From Aulosira sp. ZfuVER01 (lineage in GTDB: Bacteria; Cyanobacteriota; Cyanobacteriia; Cyanobacteriales; Nostocaceae): a stretch of DNA of 64,000 bases. Position 1 is the stretch's first letter; every line of letters starts with the position of its first letter. Of the stretch, positions 57,495-64,000 are shown one piece after another. The position numbers and the translations under genes are program-made. The notes beneath the pieces were generated by a model that was given only the letters and a program-made list of their open reading frames with translations, was not told where the DNA came from and did not search any database. The stretch covers positions 16,576 through 80,575 of the forward strand of contig JAVRCV020000066.1 of NCBI GenBank assembly GCA_034530615.2, written 5' to 3'.

Positions 57495-59051
57495 ATGACT
57501 GAATACGATTATATTGTCATTGGTGCAGGCTCGGCAGGATGCGTTCTTGCCAACCGTCTAACAGAAGATGGTAAAACTACTGTGTTATTACTGGAAGCAG
57601 GCCAGCCAGCTAATCAACCAGAACATCTACTTCCACTAGGCTGGACAAAACTCTGGGGTACTGACGTAGACTGGGCATATTTTACAGAAGAAGAACCATA
57701 CCTAAATAACCGTAAAATCTATTGTCCGCGCGGCAAAGCCTTGGGTGGAACCAGTGCAATCAACGCCATGATTTATATTCGCGGCAGTCGGCATGATTAT
57801 GAGCATTGGCAAAAATTAGGCAATCCTGGCTGGAGTTATCAAGATGTTTTGCCATACTTCAAGAAATCAGAACAGCATCAGCATGGCGCATCCGAATTTC
57901 ATGGAGTTGATGGATTATTGAGTGTGACAGATCCCATTGCTCCTAGTGTTATATCGCATCGATTTGTAGAAGCCGCCGTTGCACTAGGGTATAAGCGTAA
58001 TCCTGATTTCAATGGCGCACAACAAGAAGGTGCGGGACTTTATCAGTTAACTATCAAAGATGGTAAACGGCACAGTACAGCAGCAGCATTTTTAGTCCCA
58101 ATTTTAGATCGCCCCAACTTAACCGTGACTACTGGTGCATTAGTCACGCGGTTATTATTTGAGGGAACGCGCGCAGTTGGAGTGGAATATCTGCACGCAG
58201 GAACGATACACCAAACCTTTGTTAATCAGGAAGTCATTCTTTCTGCTGGCGCGTTCGATTCTCCCAAGCTGCTGATGCTTTCTGGAATTGGCAATGCAGA
58301 ACAACTACAGGCTTTAGATATTCCTGTAGTTGTTGATTTGCCTGGTGTTGGTCAAAACCTCCAAGATCATCTTCATGTCGCCGTTGCACACCAGTCAACT
58401 CAGAATTTGCAACCTGCCCTAACTAGCAATATCGCTGAAGCTGGATTGTTCCTGCATACTGAAGCTCGTTTAGATGTAGCACCAGATTTGCAGTTGTTCT
58501 GCGGCCCTGTTTTGTTGGCACATCCTGCATACACCCGTGAAGGCCCAGGATTTACGGCTACAGCCTGTCTAACTAATCCCGAAAGCCGTGGTCATCTCAC
58601 CCTGCGTTCTGCTGCACCCCAAGACCCAATTGTCATTCGGATGAACTATCTCCAGAATCAATCCGATTTGCACAAGCTGGTTGCAGGGATCAAAATTATC
58701 CGCCAGATGTTCCAATCAAATGCATTTGATAAGTTCCGAGGCGAAGAAGCTGCACCGGGTGCTGATGCAACCAGCGATGAAGCATTGCAAGCTTACATCC
58801 GAGAAACCTGCGATACTGTATACCACCCAGTCGGCACTTGCAAAATGGGAACAGACTCCAATTCAGTGGTAGACCCCGAACTGCGAGTATATGGAATTGA
58901 AGGGTTGCGTGTCGTAGATGCTTCAATTATGCCAACCATCACCACAGGAAACACCAATGCACCCACAATTATGATTGGCGAAAAAGCAGCAGATTTGATT
59001 AAAGCCGCAAAGCTTACTCCACAGCAAGAATTGGAGTTAGGGAAAGTTTAA
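57495..59051 (+). CDS. GMC family FAD oxidoreductase (choline dehydrogenase-like)
   Basis: IGAGSAG, RGKALGGTSAIN, GQNLQDH, YHPVGTCKMG, GNTNAPT. Confidence 0.93.
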   Translation: MTEYDYIVIGAGSAGCVLANRLTEDGKTTVLLLEAGQPANQPEHLLPLGWTKLWGTDVDWAYFTEEEPYLNNRKIYCPRGKALGGTSAINAMIYIRGSRHDYEHWQKLGNPGWSYQDVLPYFKKSEQHQHGASEFHGVDGLLSVTDPIAPSVISHRFVEAAVALGYKRNPDFNGAQQEGAGLYQLTIKDGKRHSTAAAFLVPILDRPNLTVTTGALVTRLLFEGTRAVGVEYLHAGTIHQTFVNQEVILSAGAFDSPKLLMLSGIGNAEQLQALDIPVVVDLPGVGQNLQDHLHVAVAHQSTQNLQPALTSNIAEAGLFLHTEARLDVAPDLQLFCGPVLLAHPAYTREGPGFTATACLTNPESRGHLTLRSAAPQDPIVIRMNYLQNQSDLHKLVAGIKIIRQMFQSNAFDKFRGEEAAPGADATSDEALQAYIRETCDTVYHPVGTCKMGTDSNSVVDPELRVYGIEGLRVVDASIMPTITTGNTNAPTIMIGEKAADLIKAAKLTPQQELELGKV

Positions 59052-59338
59052 TATTAAACAAATTTTGTTTTCCCCTACCCAAAGAGATTAAAAGCTGTGC
59101 AGCGTAATGCACCAAAGGTTTTGGTGGTGGGTTACGCTACGCTATAACTTAGATTTTTTTTAAATTAATTAGATTGCTATAGAACTCTGATATTAATTTT
59201 ATTAATGTGCTTCTCTATATTGACAGATTTATTTGCACAATATATTTAGAAGATAAGTTAAGGTGCTATTACAAAAATTTGTGTTACCAATAACTTTCTA
59301 ATACTGCTGACTTCGCAGCATTCAGAATATAAAATTTC

Positions 59339-61573
59339 ATGCAAAATAATGTTATAAATGCTAGTCTTTCTACTCAAAATTTAACCTTTCGTCCAGGTGG
59401 AACTCCGGCTTTATTTGAAGTCATTGTCAATAATGACAGCGATCAATTTGCCAATTTTCAAATAGAAATTGCTGCTGCGGGAGAAAGTCGTAATCCTGAA
59501 TATCGCTGGTATAAGCTGGAACCAGAGGTAGCAGCAGCCAAGCCTCCTGGTAGTAGTACGACTTTTCAAGTCTTCGTGTTGAATACACCGATTCCTGGAT
59601 TTGTCGGTACAGTCAACCTAACTGTGAAAATTTTCTCACCCCAGTTAGGTCAAGAACGTAGACTTCTACTGCGTCTAAAAATTGAAGCAGACGATCAACC
59701 AGCAGTTTTAAGCGTGGAATTGCCTGTAAGAGAGTTTCAAGTTTATCCCCGCAACACTGTAGATATACCAGTAAGAGTCCGAAATTTGGGTCAACAAACT
59801 GTAAATGTAACACTGCGATTTACAGGTGTGGATTCTGCTTGGCTAGTTAGCAGTGCAGAACGGCGATTTTCTCTCGATCCTGGTGGTCAAACAGAAGCAA
59901 TTTTTCAATGTCAACCTTTATCTGTAATCCAAGCGCCTAGTGACATCTACCCATTTACTATTGAAGCTATCAGCAGTAATGGTTATCCAGCTAGCACTGA
60001 AGGTAATCTAGAAGTTTTACCTGTAGGTTTTGTTGAATTTACTGCTACCCAAAATTCCCAAAAAATTCCGCAAAAACGTAATTGGTTAGCAAACTGGAAA
60101 TCTGATACAGCATCCTTTGAATTGCTATTTAGAAATGCTAGCAACTTATTCCAAGAAATTAATGTGCAACTTCAAGGACGCGATTGGCGAAAATGTACTT
60201 TTAAGACGTTACCAACAACAGCCAATCTGAATTTAGGTGAAACAACCAAAATTCTTTTGGATATTAAAACAAAACGCCCTTGGCTAGGTATAGGCAAAAC
60301 TTTACTTTTAGAAGCGAAATCAGAATTATCAGATCAACGTTTGGGTAGTACTGACCCTGCAACCCAGAATTTAGAATTAAAAGTTTTACCAATTTTACCT
60401 TTATGGTTACAGTTAGTTACTTTGATTTTAATACTTGCATTGCTAGCATTACTATTAAGACCAGAGCCAATTATGCATACACGCTCTGTAAACTCAGTAA
60501 GTTTTAGCGGTATTGGTTTATCTATTGTCAGTGGCTCCGATGATTGCACATTAAGACTGTGGAATATTAATAGCGATCGCCTAGAACCTGCAAGCATTAA
60601 ATATAATGGTCAGCCTGTGGCTTGTGGTAGACAGCACAAGCCTCAAGGGTTGTTGGCAATCACCGACGACGCTGTAGAAGTCGCCCGTTTTATGCCTGTA
60701 GAAAACGATCGCGTGGCAATTGGTTTAGATAATGGTGTCATAGAACTGCGGGATGTTCCCACAGGTAGAAAAAGAAACGAACTGCAAGACCAACAAGACC
60801 CCAAAGCTAAGGGTGATAGAGTATTTGACTTAGTCTTTACAAAAAATTCCCTAGATTTATTTAGCGGTTATGGTAGTGGTAAGGTAAGACTATGGTCAAG
60901 ATTATCTACCAACGATGATTTCCAGCCAGAACCAAAAGCCATTGACCTGCAAACTCAACAAAAGTTATCAGGTTTTCAAGTTCGGGCTTTAACTCTAAGT
61001 CCAGACGATAAAACTTTAGTGATGGCAGGTAACTTTAAGCGTTTCTTATTGTGGCAATGGAATCAACCGCAAATTAAGAATCAAATTTCAGGTTTAACAG
61101 TCCAAAAACTCGAAAAGCTAGATCCGAGAACAGGACGCGAAGATTATGTTTGGGGATTAGCCTTTGTACCTAACTCTTCAGAAAAAATCCTCGCAACTTC
61201 GGACTCGGCGGGATATATTACGGTTTGGAATTTAAATCAATGTCAAACTCTGCCAAATTCCCAAAATCAAATAGCTGAATTAAACTGTCCAATCGTAGAC
61301 CGCTGGTCAGCATCAAAAATGTCCGTGCGCAGTTTGGCATTTAATGAAGATGGCCGTCTGCTAGTAAGTGCTGGCGATGATGGAAGAGTAATGATGTGGT
61401 ATTTAACTCCAGAATATAAGCTCGATAAAATTAAAGCAGCCACAGGCGAAATAATTTATCAAAGTACCAAGAAAATCAACACTATTGGACTGAAAACTAT
61501 TAATCAAAAAAGTGCGATCGTGAGTGGTGGTGAAGATTTTCAGGTAAAACTAGATTTATACCCTATTAAATAA
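59339..61573 (+). CDS. Membrane protein: N-terminal Ig-like beta domains - TM - WD40 propeller
   Basis: Beta-rich N-half (VRVRNLG, FELLFRNASN, RPWLG), TM LWLQLVTLILILALLALLL, WD40 repeats (SGSDDCTLRLWN, SAGDDGRVMMW). Confidence 0.8.
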   Translation: MQNNVINASLSTQNLTFRPGGTPALFEVIVNNDSDQFANFQIEIAAAGESRNPEYRWYKLEPEVAAAKPPGSSTTFQVFVLNTPIPGFVGTVNLTVKIFSPQLGQERRLLLRLKIEADDQPAVLSVELPVREFQVYPRNTVDIPVRVRNLGQQTVNVTLRFTGVDSAWLVSSAERRFSLDPGGQTEAIFQCQPLSVIQAPSDIYPFTIEAISSNGYPASTEGNLEVLPVGFVEFTATQNSQKIPQKRNWLANWKSDTASFELLFRNASNLFQEINVQLQGRDWRKCTFKTLPTTANLNLGETTKILLDIKTKRPWLGIGKTLLLEAKSELSDQRLGSTDPATQNLELKVLPILPLWLQLVTLILILALLALLLRPEPIMHTRSVNSVSFSGIGLSIVSGSDDCTLRLWNINSDRLEPASIKYNGQPVACGRQHKPQGLLAITDDAVEVARFMPVENDRVAIGLDNGVIELRDVPTGRKRNELQDQQDPKAKGDRVFDLVFTKNSLDLFSGYGSGKVRLWSRLSTNDDFQPEPKAIDLQTQQKLSGFQVRALTLSPDDKTLVMAGNFKRFLLWQWNQPQIKNQISGLTVQKLEKLDPRTGREDYVWGLAFVPNSSEKILATSDSAGYITVWNLNQCQTLPNSQNQIAELNCPIVDRWSASKMSVRSLAFNEDGRLLVSAGDDGRVMMWYLTPEYKLDKIKAATGEIIYQSTKKINTIGLKTINQKSAIVSGGEDFQVKLDLYPIK

Positions 61574-61586
61574 GGGAGTTGGTAAT

Positions 61587-63878
61587 ATGCAAGCTAAACC
61601 CAGTCCCCTGGAAATATTTATTACCCCGCCTGGTATTCAAGATGTGATGCCAGGAGAGACAATTCAACTCCATGCTGTTGTCACTAACAAAGGCGACCAC
61701 AATGCGATTATTGATTTATATTTAAATTGCGATGAAACCTTTAAAAAGGTCACTGGATTATCTGTTGCACCAATAGAAAGTTGTGCGATCGCACCTCAAC
61801 AAAGTAGTGATGAAGTCACATTTACCTTTGAAATTCCTATTGATGCTAACCCTGGAACTTACGACTATACCTTAATCGTAGATGCGCCTCAACATTATCC
61901 TCAAGACACCCCGATTAACTTCCCCCGCCAACTGAAGATTGTACCCAAAGAACACACCGCAATTCGGGCGAATGATTCGACTTTTTCCATTAAACCCAGC
62001 AGTAATACTAACAAGCCTCTAATTTGCAAACTCTATGAACCTTTGCTCGTAGAGGTAACAGTTGAAAATCGCTCTCAGTTTGTAGACCGATTTCGTTTAA
62101 CTTGCCTTGATTTAGACGACAACTGGTTTACAATTACCTATCCCACAACCGGAGTAGAAGGAACAGGATTATTATCTGATAATCATGCTCTAGCACTTAA
62201 CCCTGGTGATTCCGGTAAAATTTCCTTAAAATTTCACCCACCAGCCGATACCCTGGCGGGAAACTATTCCCCAACTCTGCGTTTATATTCAGAAAAATTT
62301 CCAGACTTAGTTTTGTTGGATTTGGTGTATATCCAAATTCCTACAAGTTATAACCTAGATATACAACTAAATACTATCTTGGGACAAGTGAGTCGCAGTC
62401 CTGGTAAGTATGAATTATCCCTGCTTAACCAAGGTAACATTGTCCGCGAACTCATATTTGGTGTTGAAAGTCGAGATGAAGAACGACTCTTTACTTACAA
62501 ATTTGAACCTACTGAAATTAGATTATTACCAAGCAAAGCCGCTGAAGCAAACCTCACATTAAAACCTAAACCTTGGTGGCGCAGACCGTGGTTTGGTGCA
62601 GGGCAAATCATCAACTTTCAAGTCAATGTATACGACAAACAAAATTTACATATATCTGACACCTTACCACAGGGAACTTTACTCTGGAAACCTCGCCCTT
62701 TGTGGCAACTTATATTATTAATATTATTGATTTTAGGATTACTGGGAGGGATAGGATTTATTATTTGGCAAATGTTAAATCCCCCGCAGTTGAGAATAGA
62801 AAATTTTAGCGCTAATAGCTCTCAACTTACCGAAGGTGAAGATGAGGTAGCTTTGAGGTGGGATATTCGTAACTATAAACAGTTGGAAACTTTGTTTCTC
62901 ATAATTAAAGGACCCCAACCAATTAAGCCAATTTCCTACGATTTTCGCAATGGTATTCCGGAAACACTAGCGAAGCGCAATGCTAATGAAGTATCACCTT
63001 GTATCGTCCAAAGACAAATAGATTTGATTTGCAACAATATTAAAACTGGTATCAACACCAAAGGTAATTACACTTTCGAGTTACAAGGCTTGTATCGTAA
63101 AGGTAATGCATTATTTGCAGAAACAGCTAAAACAGATACCCAAACAACCCAAGTAGTCATCAATGAAAAACCAATACCAGAAATTGTTGATTTTAAAGTC
63201 AATAAGCCGCAATACAAGACAGGAGAAAATATTTTAGTTAATTGGATAATTGCCAACCCTTTACTGCTGAAAGAAACTCAAATTATCGGCAGTACAGAAG
63301 AAGGAACAGCAACTAGTAATCCAATAATTTTTAAATTCACTCAAGGTAATATCGATAACTCTAAATTAAAGAATGCTTGTAAAGAAGTCAATCGCCAATT
63401 GCAATGTACAAACATACCCATACCTCCATTGAAAGCTGGAAAATATGCCTTTGAATTAAAAGCTTTGCCAAATAATGGCAGTGAAAAAATTAGTGCAAAA
63501 AAAACTGAAGGTAAAATTGAAATTTTAGCCAAACCTATTAAGATTTTTTATTTCACAATTAATGGTAGCGAGCAACCAAATCAATCGCTCAAAGAAGGAG
63601 AAACTGCTACTTTAACTTGGAGAGTAGAGGGAGAAGATATTCAGGTGAAGCTGCTACCCTACGGCAACGATCTTAAAGCCATAGGTTCGCTGCAACTTCC
63701 AGTGATTTCCGAATTTCCACCGCAAATTGCACTGCAAGTAATTGATAAATCTGGTAAGCAGCCACCCCAGCAAAGAGGATTTGCGATCGCAGTTATCAAA
63801 AAAGCTGTACCCACTCCCACACCACCTGTAATTACGCCAGTTCCTCCAGCCAACCCAGTTCCACCCCGGAGATTTTGA
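61587..63878 (+). CDS. Membrane protein with multiple Ig-like beta domains and Pro-rich tail
   Basis: GGGAG RBS, 13 bp after the previous stop; VTNKG, VENRS, LLNQGN, RRPWFG, TM LILLILLILGLLGGIGFIIW, repeated L.W motifs, PTPTPP tail. Confidence 0.78.
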   Translation: MQAKPSPLEIFITPPGIQDVMPGETIQLHAVVTNKGDHNAIIDLYLNCDETFKKVTGLSVAPIESCAIAPQQSSDEVTFTFEIPIDANPGTYDYTLIVDAPQHYPQDTPINFPRQLKIVPKEHTAIRANDSTFSIKPSSNTNKPLICKLYEPLLVEVTVENRSQFVDRFRLTCLDLDDNWFTITYPTTGVEGTGLLSDNHALALNPGDSGKISLKFHPPADTLAGNYSPTLRLYSEKFPDLVLLDLVYIQIPTSYNLDIQLNTILGQVSRSPGKYELSLLNQGNIVRELIFGVESRDEERLFTYKFEPTEIRLLPSKAAEANLTLKPKPWWRRPWFGAGQIINFQVNVYDKQNLHISDTLPQGTLLWKPRPLWQLILLILLILGLLGGIGFIIWQMLNPPQLRIENFSANSSQLTEGEDEVALRWDIRNYKQLETLFLIIKGPQPIKPISYDFRNGIPETLAKRNANEVSPCIVQRQIDLICNNIKTGINTKGNYTFELQGLYRKGNALFAETAKTDTQTTQVVINEKPIPEIVDFKVNKPQYKTGENILVNWIIANPLLLKETQIIGSTEEGTATSNPIIFKFTQGNIDNSKLKNACKEVNRQLQCTNIPIPPLKAGKYAFELKALPNNGSEKISAKKTEGKIEILAKPIKIFYFTINGSEQPNQSLKEGETATLTWRVEGEDIQVKLLPYGNDLKAIGSLQLPVISEFPPQIALQVIDKSGKQPPQQRGFAIAVIKKAVPTPTPPVITPVPPANPVPPRRF

Positions 63879-64000
63879 GCCACAACTTTTAAATACGCCC
63901 AGCTACGCAAAGCGTTCCCACAGGTAGCGGTGAACACCATTACTGAAACTGTGCGTTCGCTGATTTTTAACTAGTAATCAGGAATTAAGTCTTGCAGAGT

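Overview
Chromosomal window from a filamentous, probably Nostocales-type cyanobacterium (frequent HIP1 GCGATCGC octamers, heptamer STRR-like tandem repeats, gap2, ictB, cyanoexosortase B). Positions 1-21 kb are mostly conserved genes: thiL 3' end, gap2, nadD, murC-murB, ybaB, LMW-PTP, NarL-type regulator, smpB, ictB, a degenerate GAF histidine kinase, a DegT/cyanoexosortase B/Wza/Wzc exopolysaccharide locus and two rhomboids. Positions 21-64 kb are accessory. They hold a CHAT-STAND-TPR protein; a split, non-collinear cluster of three single-module NRPSs (hand-read codes Phe+TE, Ile, N-methyl-Leu) with a DUF3445 heme N-demethylase-like gene and an LCM-type methyltransferase; vapBC; hxlR/ycaC; an 11 x 21-bp tandem array next to a small basic protein; a nuclease-ParA/ParB-RhoN gene pair; an orphan membrane gene bracketed by ~150-bp direct repeats that differ by a HIP1-bounded micro-inversion; a Tat-exported flavin amine oxidase; a protein-arginine deiminase; a P450 plus GMC oxidase pair; and two Ig-like membrane proteins. 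Many nested miniature repeat elements are present. No rRNA, tRNA, CRISPR array or transposase was seen. All family calls come from motifs read by eye; no database search was run.
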